Of a DNA stretch of 32,000 bases, positions 10,211 to 20,034 are shown piece after piece; position 1 is the stretch's first letter, and every line of letters begins with the position of its first letter. The notes under the pieces are model-generated. The model did not search any database. It was given only the letters and a program-made list of their open reading frames with translations, and was not told where the DNA came from. Location: NCBI GenBank assembly GCA_900234795.1, contig LT962688.1, forward strand, positions 2,430,001 to 2,462,000, read 5' to 3'. Origin of the DNA: Methylorubrum extorquens. GTDB lineage: Bacteria > Pseudomonadota > Alphaproteobacteria > Rhizobiales > Beijerinckiaceae. The translations under genes and the position numbers were made by a program.

Positions 10211-10220
10211 CATCCTGTGA

Positions 10221-10250
10221 CGCCGATCCCGACTGATGGCGGGATCGGCG
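10221..10250 (+). terminator. GC-rich hairpin 11 nt after the aminotransferase stop codon (possible terminator, no U-tract)
   Basis: cgccgatcccg (10221-10231), an 8-nt loop, then cgggatcggcg (10240-10250): a perfect 11-bp stem. A second 9-bp stem (gacagggcc / ggccctgtc) lies at 10290-10316. Confidence 0.4.
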
Positions 10251-10427
10251 CGGCTGGATGAACCGCGCCGGACGTTGTTGCGGCGGGGCGACAGGGCCCG
10301 CGCAATCGGCCCTGTCCGGGCGGGCATCGGACCGGGGAAGCTTGTCAGCGGGCATCCGTATCCGCAGGGTCATGTCCGGTTTTGCCGCCGGGTCGTCCCG
10401 GCGGACGGACGCGTTTCGAGGTTCCGC

Positions 10428-10718
10428 ATGCGCCGCCTGAAGCTCTTCGCCGCCCTGGCGCTCGCCGGCGCTGCCGCCGGAGCCTGCGCGCCCCACCCGA
10501 TCGTGGCGCGCGATCCCGTGCCCACCCCCTCGCCCGAGGAGGCCTATTCCTGCAGCTCGACGCCGCTCCCGCTGAACGCCTACAAGTCCGATTGCAGCCC
10601 CCGTGGTGCGCGAACCGCGCACCGTCCTGCAATCGAAGGGGTGAGGCGACGATTGCGGAGGGCCGAGAACGCCGGACTTCCGCACGTCAACGTTTCCTTG
10701 TCACGTTCCGGGGTCTGA
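10428..10718 (+). CDS. Small secreted or lipoprotein-like protein; the C-terminus may be out of frame
   Basis: ATG 10428 gives MRRLKLFAALALAGAAAGACAPHP..., a signal peptide with AGA|C. After the C5 run 10598-10602 the frame becomes Arg-rich and unprotein-like. Removing one C would give ...YKSDCSPVVREPRTVLQSKG with a stop at 10642-10644. Confidence 0.45.
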   Translation: MRRLKLFAALALAGAAAGACAPHPIVARDPVPTPSPEEAYSCSSTPLPLNAYKSDCSPRGARTAHRPAIEGVRRRLRRAENAGLPHVNVSLSRSGV

Positions 10719-10859
10719 TCGCAGCCTCGAGACGTCAGCCCGAGCTGATCCCGATTGCCCTGCGATCCCGATCGGCTCATGTCCTATCTTGATGCGTTCT
10801 CACCGGGTCGGAGCGGCCATCGCTTCGGTCGGAAGAGTGCGCCGACGACGGAGCAACCC

Positions 10860-11207
10860 GTGGCCCGTGCCCGCCTCCTCCTTGCCGCCTCCCTCTTCGG
10901 GCTCGCCGCCCAGGGGGCTTCTGCCCAGAACTTGCAGGATCGCCCCTACGGCGATGCGCGCGGGCCAACGGTGTACGAGGTCGATCCCGAGAGCGGCCGC
11001 TTCCGTGGCCCGCCGATCAGCACCGACGGTCAGGATCTGCGCGCCATCGGTGCCGTGCCGGTGCCGACCGTGATGAATGGCGGCGGCTTCGGCCCCACCG
11101 GCAACGACTATTACGGCAATGTGCTCCTCGCGACGCCGCAGGGCCCGCGCCATGCCTCGGACGGCTACGTCTTGGCTCCCGCCTACCGGGCTCCGCCGCT
11201 GCGCTGA
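10860..11207 (+). CDS. Secreted hypothetical protein
   Basis: This lies within ORF 10755..11207. GTG 10860 is preceded by GGAG (10850-10853) and gives (M)ARARLLLAASLFGLAAQGASA|QNL, a clean Sec signal peptide. The mature part is Gly/Pro-rich and matches no family I recognise. A start as far upstream as 10755 cannot be excluded. Confidence 0.5.
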   Translation: MARARLLLAASLFGLAAQGASAQNLQDRPYGDARGPTVYEVDPESGRFRGPPISTDGQDLRAIGAVPVPTVMNGGGFGPTGNDYYGNVLLATPQGPRHASDGYVLAPAYRAPPLR

Positions 11208-12069
11208 GATGCCGGCCTCCGGGTCTTTGACTGGCGATCCGGTAGGCATGCTGGGCGCGCGGTTCTCAGCTCGAGAGCAACCGGCGCGCTGGGTCCCTGA
11301 TTGGGGTTTCATCTTCCAAGCCGCCTGCCGCGCGGAAATCAGCGCTCGTGCAGCTTGAATGCCCCCAGCCTCACGATTCGGACAGGGCCGTTGCGGCTCT
11401 CATTCGGGGTGGGTGCCCTTAGAGCGATCCGCTCTCAACCCTATTGCGTCAAGTGCGATACCGTTTCGGCCCATGATGGGGCTGGACATCCAATGGCGAT
11501 CTCAAAGCTCCTCTCAATCGCCCCCTGAACGCATCAAATCGAATTTGCCGCATCGCTGCGGTGATCCGAATATTGGTGTGTGCCAGCAAGGGCGTTGCTC
11601 GTTGCGGCGCGCGTTCACCGGCGGCGATTGCTCGTCTGCCTCCTGCCGCTCAGCACACGAAGTAATGGCCGGCATCCAGAAGGCACGTTGCGTCTCCGTC
11701 CTATCTGGAAGCAATCAGTTCAGGAGAAATCTCTGATAATGCGCCGATCGTAATAACAGCGTTAAAATCAAGTATTTATCGGTAAAATAGTTATTAAAAT
11801 AGGGCTTTCGCAGTCTCAGCGACGAGGGTCGTATCGTCGGATTTGTTCCAAGCTGTGTGCCTCCACCGAGGATGACGCTTTCGATATGTTTTCATATTAA
11901 CCTGCGGAACTTGAGGTGCCCGTACGACTCCGCTATCTCCCGATTGTGATCGCCGCAGGCCGGGCCGGGACCGTCCCGGTGGCGTTGAAGCGTTCTCCGA
12001 CATCCTCCGATCGGGTCATGCGCCTCGTACTTGCCTTTCGAACCAGCGCGGGCCTCGCTCGGGGCAGTC

Positions 12070-12591
12070 ATGTCGATCAGGCAAAGCCGCGCATCCAATC
12101 CGCCGTCGGCGCTTGGGGGGCGGCAATGCAGCCAGCGTGTTGTAAGCTTTGCGAGGTGCGTCTTGTACACGTTGCGTGACGACCTCGACGGCCTGCGCTT
12201 GGCGGCTCCCGACAGTCCGGATGTCTGGCTGGTTTTCGGAGGCCGGCGGCACCGGGTCGCGAGCCCGACCGTCTATCAAGCCCTATTCGCGGGGCCGGAC
12301 GATCTCATCTTCAGAGAGGATATCCCCTCGATCACGATGGGACCGGAACTGAACGAAGGCACCTGCCTCGTCCGTCCCATCGGCTCCCACGCCATCTTTC
12401 TCGTCACCGGCCGCGCCCCGCCGCGCAGGTACCACATTCCGACCTATGAGAGCTTCACCGATTTCGGCTTCAACGAGCGGGCCGTGATCGACGTGCCGGC
12501 CTTGATCCTTGAGGCGGTCGAGCTCGGGGGTGAACTGACCAGCGCCTTCGATCGGGCGCGCCGGGCGCCGGCCTCGACGGAAGAGGGATAG
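12070..12591 (+). CDS. Hypothetical protein, first gene of the atypical three-gene block; start uncertain
   Basis: The ORF is open from TTG 12031. The first ATG is at 12070. TTG 12163, preceded by GAGGTG, would give (M)YTLRDDLDGLRLAAPDSPDVWLVFGGRRHRVASPTVYQALF.... The stop TAG 12589-12591 lies 2 nt before the TTG start of the next gene, with GAAGAGGGA acting as an internal SD. This indicates an operon. Confidence 0.5.
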   Translation: MSIRQSRASNPPSALGGRQCSQRVVSFARCVLYTLRDDLDGLRLAAPDSPDVWLVFGGRRHRVASPTVYQALFAGPDDLIFREDIPSITMGPELNEGTCLVRPIGSHAIFLVTGRAPPRRYHIPTYESFTDFGFNERAVIDVPALILEAVELGGELTSAFDRARRAPASTEEG

Positions 12592-12593
12592 GT

Positions 12594-14150
12594 TTGGGCG
12601 AGCGCAGCGTCACCATCGCAATTCCCGTCCACAACGGCGCGAACTATCTCGGCGAGGCGATCGAGAGCGCACTGTGCCAGAGCCACCCGGAGACGGAGGT
12701 CATCGTCGTCGATGACGGCTCTGACGACGATGGGCAGACCTTGGCCGTCGTGCGCGCCTTCGGAAGCCATATCCGCACCCTGCGCCAATCCAATAGCGGG
12801 GTGGCAGCAGCGCTCAATACCGCTCTCACCTGCGCCTCCGGTCGCCTGTTCTCCTGGCTGTCGCACGACGATCTGTTCGAGCCTGGAAAGACCGAGCGTC
12901 AGGTACAGATTCTGGACACGCTCGACCGTGACGACATCTGCCTGTTCTCCGATCTGTCATGGATCGATTCGACGGGCCGCGTTACCGGCGAGCAGCGGCT
13001 CGACCCCGCTGCGCTGGCGCGCAACCCGCGCCTCGCTTTCTACGAAGGCCTGATCAACGGCTGCACCATCCTGACTGCCCGCGACCTGCTTCTGCGCGTC
13101 GGCGGCTTCGACACGCGCTATCCCTACACCCAGGACTATCGCATGTGGTGGAGGCTGACCCGCGAGGCCCACTTCGTCCACGTTCCGCACTGCCTCCTGC
13201 GTTCGCGGCTCCATCCGGATCAGGGTTCTCACCGCCGCGATGCGCTGTCCGAGAACAGTGCCTTCTGGAGCGACGTGCTCGGCGAGACGAGCGAGGTCGA
13301 GGCCGCGATGGTGGACGGAAGCCGGGAGCGCTTCCTGAAGCGGACCGGCGGTTTCCTGCGCTATCGGAGCCCGAACCGACGGGTTGCCGATCATGCCGAC
13401 CGGATGGCCCAGGCGAGTGCCGCGGAGGCCTCGGTCTCGGTGGTCATCGATGTCGGGAGTGATCTAGCGGCCGCGCGTCGCGCGATCGACAGCGTAGAAT
13501 CCCAGACCCGGCTGCCGGACGAGATGGTTCTCATCGGAGATGACTCAATCCTGATGGCGCTCGACCGAGACGGTGCCTGTGACCGGGTGTTGCGGCCGAC
13601 GCCGGAGCAACGGACTCCTTCGCGCCTTCGCCTTGGGCTCATGGCGGCCCGCGGCGCCTACGTCGCATTGTTGATGAGCCCGGACGTCTTCGCTCCCGAC
13701 AAGATCGCGCGTCAGGTCGCACGAATGTCCGCTCTGGGGTGCCTCGCCTCGCACAGTTCCTATCGCAGTGGCGGCGAGACGGTCGCAACCGGCAGCTTCG
13801 GCGGGCGCGTCTATCCGGAGATCGTCGGCGACTGTCATGTCGAGATTTCCACCGTGATGATACAGCGAGTGCTGTTCCTGGCCGGCCTGTTGTTCATGGA
13901 TGATGACGCCCCCCTCGCGTCGAACTGGATCGATATCGCGGCCCGCCACGAATGGCTTGGTCTAGAGGAGGCCCTGTCCGTCGTCGAAACGCCACGCGCG
14001 CCCGGGGAGAGGGCGCTGCTTCTGACATGGCTGCGCGCGTCGGCGGAGTATCGCCACCATACCGTGCAGATCGGTCGTCTCGAGAGGCGGCTCGCCGACG
14101 CAACGCTGCCGATCCGTGCGTCGCTGGGAGGCTCCGATGCCGCTGCGTGA
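12594..14150 (+). CDS. Family 2 glycosyltransferase with an intact N-terminal GT2 domain and a degenerate second GT2-like domain
   Basis: The sequence has VTIAIPVHNGANYLGEAIESALCQSHPETEVIVVDDGSDDDG and SHDDL (DxD), hallmarks of GT-A/GT2. A second copy-like segment, ASVSVVIDVGSDLAAARRAIDSVESQTRLPDEMVLIGDDS, starts near residue 285. There are many A/T-ending codons, unlike neighbouring core genes. Confidence 0.75.
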   Translation: MGERSVTIAIPVHNGANYLGEAIESALCQSHPETEVIVVDDGSDDDGQTLAVVRAFGSHIRTLRQSNSGVAAALNTALTCASGRLFSWLSHDDLFEPGKTERQVQILDTLDRDDICLFSDLSWIDSTGRVTGEQRLDPAALARNPRLAFYEGLINGCTILTARDLLLRVGGFDTRYPYTQDYRMWWRLTREAHFVHVPHCLLRSRLHPDQGSHRRDALSENSAFWSDVLGETSEVEAAMVDGSRERFLKRTGGFLRYRSPNRRVADHADRMAQASAAEASVSVVIDVGSDLAAARRAIDSVESQTRLPDEMVLIGDDSILMALDRDGACDRVLRPTPEQRTPSRLRLGLMAARGAYVALLMSPDVFAPDKIARQVARMSALGCLASHSSYRSGGETVATGSFGGRVYPEIVGDCHVEISTVMIQRVLFLAGLLFMDDDAPLASNWIDIAARHEWLGLEEALSVVETPRAPGERALLLTWLRASAEYRHHTVQIGRLERRLADATLPIRASLGGSDAAA

Positions 14151-14589
14151 CCTGTTCCAGCGAGGGCGTGCCCTCCTCACAGCGACGCCGACGGCGGACG
14201 AGGCGGCGGGAACCGCCGTGACATCCGCTGCCGATTGCGACGCGATCCAGGCGCTGTTGCACGAAACACAGCGCCGGCTCTCGGTGGCCGATCAGCGATT
14301 CGCGATCCTTGAGAGCAGCAACCGGACGGCAGTGCGGGCCGTGCGCCGATTCCTGCAAGACCGTGACCGTCTCGTTGCTGAGCGGGAGGCCGCCGTCATT
14401 CAGGTTTCGATCGCCGTCGGGGATCGGCAGCGCACGATGATGCTCAACGACCATCTCCTGTCGGCGCTGCGCGACAGCGAAGAGGCCCGCGCACGGCTCG
14501 AAAGCGACAACCGGGATCTGCGTCGGCAACTGGCTGAAAGTGGCCCATCGACCGCACGGACCATCGAGGCCGACGGCTTTACGGGCTGA
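14137..14589 (+). CDS. Hypothetical coiled-coil protein
   Basis: ATG 14137 is preceded by GGAGG and overlaps the glycosyltransferase stop (14148-14150). The protein MPLRDLFQRGRALL...QRRLSVADQRFAILESSNR...EEARARLESDNRDLRRQLAE has heptad-like, charged helical character. I recognise no family. Confidence 0.5.
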   Translation: MPLRDLFQRGRALLTATPTADEAAGTAVTSAADCDAIQALLHETQRRLSVADQRFAILESSNRTAVRAVRRFLQDRDRLVAEREAAVIQVSIAVGDRQRTMMLNDHLLSALRDSEEARARLESDNRDLRRQLAESGPSTARTIEADGFTG

Positions 14590-14936
14590 GCCGAGGCGGC
14601 GCGCGATCCGAGGTGCTCCCGGCCCTCCGATCTTCTGCGCCGACGCCAAAAATGGGCTGCCTCGAGATTGTCCGGACGGGGCGTGAAGGCAGCTTCTCCG
14701 AATGTCTGGCGCCGCAGCGATTGCACTGCAATAACACGAAACTTGTCAGTATTCTGCGTATTGGCCGTTTCGGAAGGTTCTCAACGGCACGAGGCATTTG
14801 CGCTGGACGCCGAAGTTTGGCAATTAAGTTCAGCTTCTCGAGGGAGGGCGCCTGAAGCCGAGCAACGTCGCAGCAACGTTCGACGGCCATTCCGGCCGGG
14901 CTCGGCACACCACAATCAAAAATCAAGGACGCACGC

Positions 14937-17069
<2,133 letters not shown>

Positions 17070-17082
17070 GCCCGGACAGCGC

Positions 17083-17127
17083 AAAAAAAGAACCCGCCGC
17101 GGTCATCCGCGGCGGGTTCTTCTTTTT
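17083..17127. terminator. Bidirectional rho-independent terminator shared by hppA (+) and the small minus-strand gene
   Basis: aaaaaaagaacccgccgcgg / tcat / ccgcggcgggttcttcttttt. This is a perfect 14-bp GC-rich stem (17089-17102 / 17107-17120) with a 4-nt loop, an A-run on the 5' side and a T-run on the 3' side. Confidence 0.85.
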
Positions 17128-17149
17128 CAGGACTGAAATTCCAAGAAAA

Positions 17150-17392
17150 TCAGTCGCAGTTCTCCTTGGTGACCGTCTTGCGGTCGCCCACATCGTTTTC
17201 CTTCGTCACCGTCTTGCTGGAGCAGCCGTCCGAATGCTCGCGCCGCTCGACGGTGGTCGAGGAACTGCTCGGCGAGCGATCCACCACGACCCGATCCGGC
17301 GCGTCGCGCTCGATCACGGTGGTCTGGGCCATGGCGCCCGAGGCCCCGGCGAGCGTCAGAACCGCGGCGGCGGCGAGAAGGGATTTGCGCAT
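17150..17392 (-). CDS. Small secreted protein with an internal KTVTKEN duplication
   Basis: Only the last 80 codons of ORF 17150..18178 are credible. ATG 17392..17390 is preceded by GGAGGA. The sequence is MRKSLLAAAAVLTLAGASGAMA|QTTVIERD...CSSKTVTKENDVGDRKTVTKENCD. Confidence 0.6.
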   Translation of the reverse strand: MRKSLLAAAAVLTLAGASGAMAQTTVIERDAPDRVVVDRSPSSSSTTVERREHSDGCSSKTVTKENDVGDRKTVTKENCD

Positions 17393-17593
17393 GACAATCC
17401 TCCGATTGGGATAAATCTGCGCCTGTAACGGCGAGCGAACCTGAACCGTTCCAGCGAACTTCAGGTCGGAATTCGGGTCGCCGCCCGGCTCATCAAAGAT
17501 ACGCGATGAGAAGTTGTAGGCCGGGGCGCGGCCCGAACTTTCACGCGTTCTCCCGGTTCGCTCCCTCAGATTTGCTGAGACGCGAGACTTTTT

Positions 17594-18688
17594 ATGACTG
17601 CCGCACCGATTCGCTACCACGACGGTATCGAGACGCTGAGCCCCGACGAGAACGAGACCACCGATCGGATCATCGCCGCGATGACCCACGAGAGCGAGAT
17701 CACCGCGAAGCGCTACGGGCATGCGGTGCGGGCCTCGCATGCCAAGATCAGCGGCGTTGCCGTCGGTACGTTGGAAATCCTCCCGAACCTTCCGCCCGAA
17801 CTGGCGCAGGGCCTGTTCGCGACGCCGGGCACGCATTCGGTCATCGTGCGCTTCGCGCAGGGGCCCGGCGAACTCCTGAAGGACCGCGTCTCGACCCATC
17901 GCGGCATGGCGATCAAGGTGCTCGGCGTCGAGGGCGACAAGCTGCCCGGCCACGAGGCGCCGACCCAGGACTTCGTCTTCGCCACCGGGCCGGTCTTCCC
18001 CAATCCCGACGCCAAGGGTTTCCTGGGCAGCATGAAGCAACTGGAGGCGGGCACCTCCGCACCGGAAGGCGTGAAGGCCGCCGTCTCCCGGAGCGCGCGG
18101 GCGCTCGACGGGGTGGTGAAATCGATGACGGGTGAGAGTTCGCCGCTCCTCGACTTCTTCGGCCATGTGCCGCACCACCCGCTGGCCGAACCGTACTACT
18201 CACAGGCCGCGCTCCGCTACGGCGACCACGTCGCCAAGCTTGGCGCCTTTCCCGCCTCACCGGCGCAGGCGGCGCTCGCAGACGCGCCGCTCGACACCGG
18301 ACGCGAGGACGGGAACGTCTTCCGCCACGCAGTGCTGAGCTATCTCGCGGGAAGCGAGGCGGTGTTCGACATTCGCGTCCAGCTCTGCCTGAACCTCGAC
18401 GAGATGCCGGTCGAGGATGCCTCGAAGCGCTGGGACGAGGCGCAGAGCCCCTATCGCACCGTCGCCCGCCTCGTTCTGCCGGCGCAGGATGCGTTCAGCG
18501 AGGCCCGGCGGAACTACGCCGACGACGTGCTCTCCTTCCGTCCCGCTCACAGCCTGGCGGCGCACCGGCCGCTGGGTTCGCTGATGCGGGCGCGGCTGAA
18601 GACCTATCAGGCGCTCTCTCGCTTTCGCCACGCGCGCAACCGCGTGCCGGAGGTGGAACCGGCCTCGATCGACGACGTGCCGGCCTGA
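17594..18688 (+). CDS. Catalase-related (small, catalase-core-like) haem protein
   Basis: 364 aa. VRASHAKISG resembles the catalase distal RxxHAKG motif. THRGMAIKVLGV and a C-terminal R...LKTYQALSRFRH (candidate proximal Tyr) fit the short 'catalase family protein' group. The protein is too short for a canonical monofunctional catalase. Confidence 0.6.
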   Translation: MTAAPIRYHDGIETLSPDENETTDRIIAAMTHESEITAKRYGHAVRASHAKISGVAVGTLEILPNLPPELAQGLFATPGTHSVIVRFAQGPGELLKDRVSTHRGMAIKVLGVEGDKLPGHEAPTQDFVFATGPVFPNPDAKGFLGSMKQLEAGTSAPEGVKAAVSRSARALDGVVKSMTGESSPLLDFFGHVPHHPLAEPYYSQAALRYGDHVAKLGAFPASPAQAALADAPLDTGREDGNVFRHAVLSYLAGSEAVFDIRVQLCLNLDEMPVEDASKRWDEAQSPYRTVARLVLPAQDAFSEARRNYADDVLSFRPAHSLAAHRPLGSLMRARLKTYQALSRFRHARNRVPEVEPASIDDVPA

Positions 18689-18778
18689 CGGGGACAACGC
18701 TTTCGTGAAGGACCCCGGCCGCGTGCACCGGGGTTGCGCTGGCAATCCCGCCCATCATCGGCCCGAGGTTGTCCGACC

Positions 18779-19966
18779 ATGACCAGATCCCTGACCGCCC
18801 TCGCCGTGGCACTCCTCACGGGTACGATGGCGAGCGCCCTCCCCGCCCGCGCGCAGGAGGGAAAAGCCGCGCTCACCAAGGTCGCCAGCTTCGAGCATCA
18901 GGTGACCGGCATCACGGTGGCCCGCGACGGGCGCATCTTCGTCAACTTCCCGCGCTGGAGCGAGGACGCGCCGGTCTCGGTGGCCGAACTGAAGGACGGC
19001 AAGCCCGTGCCCTTCCCCGACGACCAGTGGAACGCGTGGCGTAACGCGCGGGCCGACGAGCTCTCGCCGAAGGACCATTTCGTCTGCGTGCAGAGCGTCG
19101 TCGCCGACGGGCAGGACCGGCTCTGGGTGGTGGATGCCGCCGCCCCCGCGATGGCGCATGTGATCAAGGACGGGCCGAAGCTCGTCGGGATCGACCTCAA
19201 GACCAACAAGGTCATCAAGACGATTCCCTTCGACACCACCACGGTGCTCCAAGCCTCCTACCTCAACGACGTGCGGATCTCGCCGGACGGCAAGACCGCC
19301 TATCTCACCGATTCCGGTGCCGAGGGCGCGCTGATCGTCGTCGATCTCGACAGCGGATCGGCCAAGCGCATTCTGTCGGGCGATCCCTCGACCATGCCCG
19401 ACAAGTCGGTGACCGTGAGTTACGACGGCAAGCCGCTGCGCCGCCCCGACGGGCGCGGCGTAGAATTCGCCGCCGACGGCATCGCGCTCTCGAACGACGG
19501 CAAGACGCTCTACTGGCAGGCGATCAAGGGCAAGACGCTCTACAGCCTGCCGACCGATGCGCTCACCGGCTGGGCCGCTGCCTCGGTCGTGCCCGACACG
19601 CTCACCGACAAGAGCCTTTCAAGCAAGGTCGTGAAGGTCGGCGAGAACGGCGTCGCCGACGGCCTGCTGATCGCCCGCCGCGACGGGCGGATGTACGTGA
19701 CCTCGCCGCAGGACAACGCGGTGAAGGTGCGCGACCTCGCCGGCGGCAAGGACGGGCTCGCCACGTTGGTGCAGGACCCAAGCTTGCGCTGGCCGGACAC
19801 GTTCGGCGAGGGGCCGGACGGGACGATCTACGTCACCACCTCGCACATCCAGGATTCGGTCGACTACAAGCCCGGCGCGCCGCTCAGCCTGCCGACGGAG
19901 CTGTGGGCGATCAAGCCGCCCGCCTCCGATGCCACCGGCTCGACCACAAGCGCTCCGGCCCGCTGA
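18779..19966 (+). CDS. Secreted major-royal-jelly-protein / yellow family (MRJP, beta-propeller) protein
   Basis: ATG 18779 gives MTRSLTALAVALLTGTMASALPARA|QEG, a signal peptide. The segments SFEHQVTGITVARDGRIFVNFPRWSEDAP, DRLWVVDAAAP, YLNDVRISPDGKTAYLTDSGAEGALIVVDLDSG and DGTIYVTTSHIQ resemble bacterial MRJP/yellow homologues as I remember them. Confidence 0.6.
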   Translation: MTRSLTALAVALLTGTMASALPARAQEGKAALTKVASFEHQVTGITVARDGRIFVNFPRWSEDAPVSVAELKDGKPVPFPDDQWNAWRNARADELSPKDHFVCVQSVVADGQDRLWVVDAAAPAMAHVIKDGPKLVGIDLKTNKVIKTIPFDTTTVLQASYLNDVRISPDGKTAYLTDSGAEGALIVVDLDSGSAKRILSGDPSTMPDKSVTVSYDGKPLRRPDGRGVEFAADGIALSNDGKTLYWQAIKGKTLYSLPTDALTGWAAASVVPDTLTDKSLSSKVVKVGENGVADGLLIARRDGRMYVTSPQDNAVKVRDLAGGKDGLATLVQDPSLRWPDTFGEGPDGTIYVTTSHIQDSVDYKPGAPLSLPTELWAIKPPASDATGSTTSAPAR

Positions 19967-19996
19967 GCCGGCCCTCTGCGACCCGATGGACTCATG

Positions 19997-20018
19997 GGGG
20001 CGCGCATCGGCGCGCCCC
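19997..20018 (+). other. Intercistronic GC hairpin between the MRJP-family gene and the hydrolase gene
   Basis: ggggcgcgc (19997-20005), loop atcg, gcgcgcccc (20010-20018): a perfect 9-bp stem, followed 4 nt later by the AAGGAG ribosome-binding site of the next gene. There is no U-tract. Confidence 0.35.
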
Positions 20019-20034
20019 GTTCAAGGAGCCTGGC

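Noticed and set aside
11301-12003. Small ORFs in the AT-enriched gap (75, 125, 66 and 69 aa) as candidate toxin-antitoxin or small-protein genes.
   Set aside because: They have no RBS, mutually overlapping frames, implausible Cys/Arg/Ser-rich composition and no paired-gene arrangement.
14590-14936. The 347-bp lower-GC region upstream of hppA as a possible sRNA or leader-peptide locus (ORFs 14613..14855 and 14668..14940).
   Set aside because: The ORFs are not credible and I recognise no structured-RNA signature. It is most simply the hppA promoter/5' UTR and the right-hand boundary of the atypical islet.
17393-18178. N-terminal 262 codons of ORF 17150..18178 (-), which would make a 342-aa protein antisense to the catalase-related gene.
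   Set aside because: Only the last 80 codons have an RBS (GGAGGA), a signal peptide and sensible composition. The upstream part overlaps the well-supported plus-strand gene and its promoter region.
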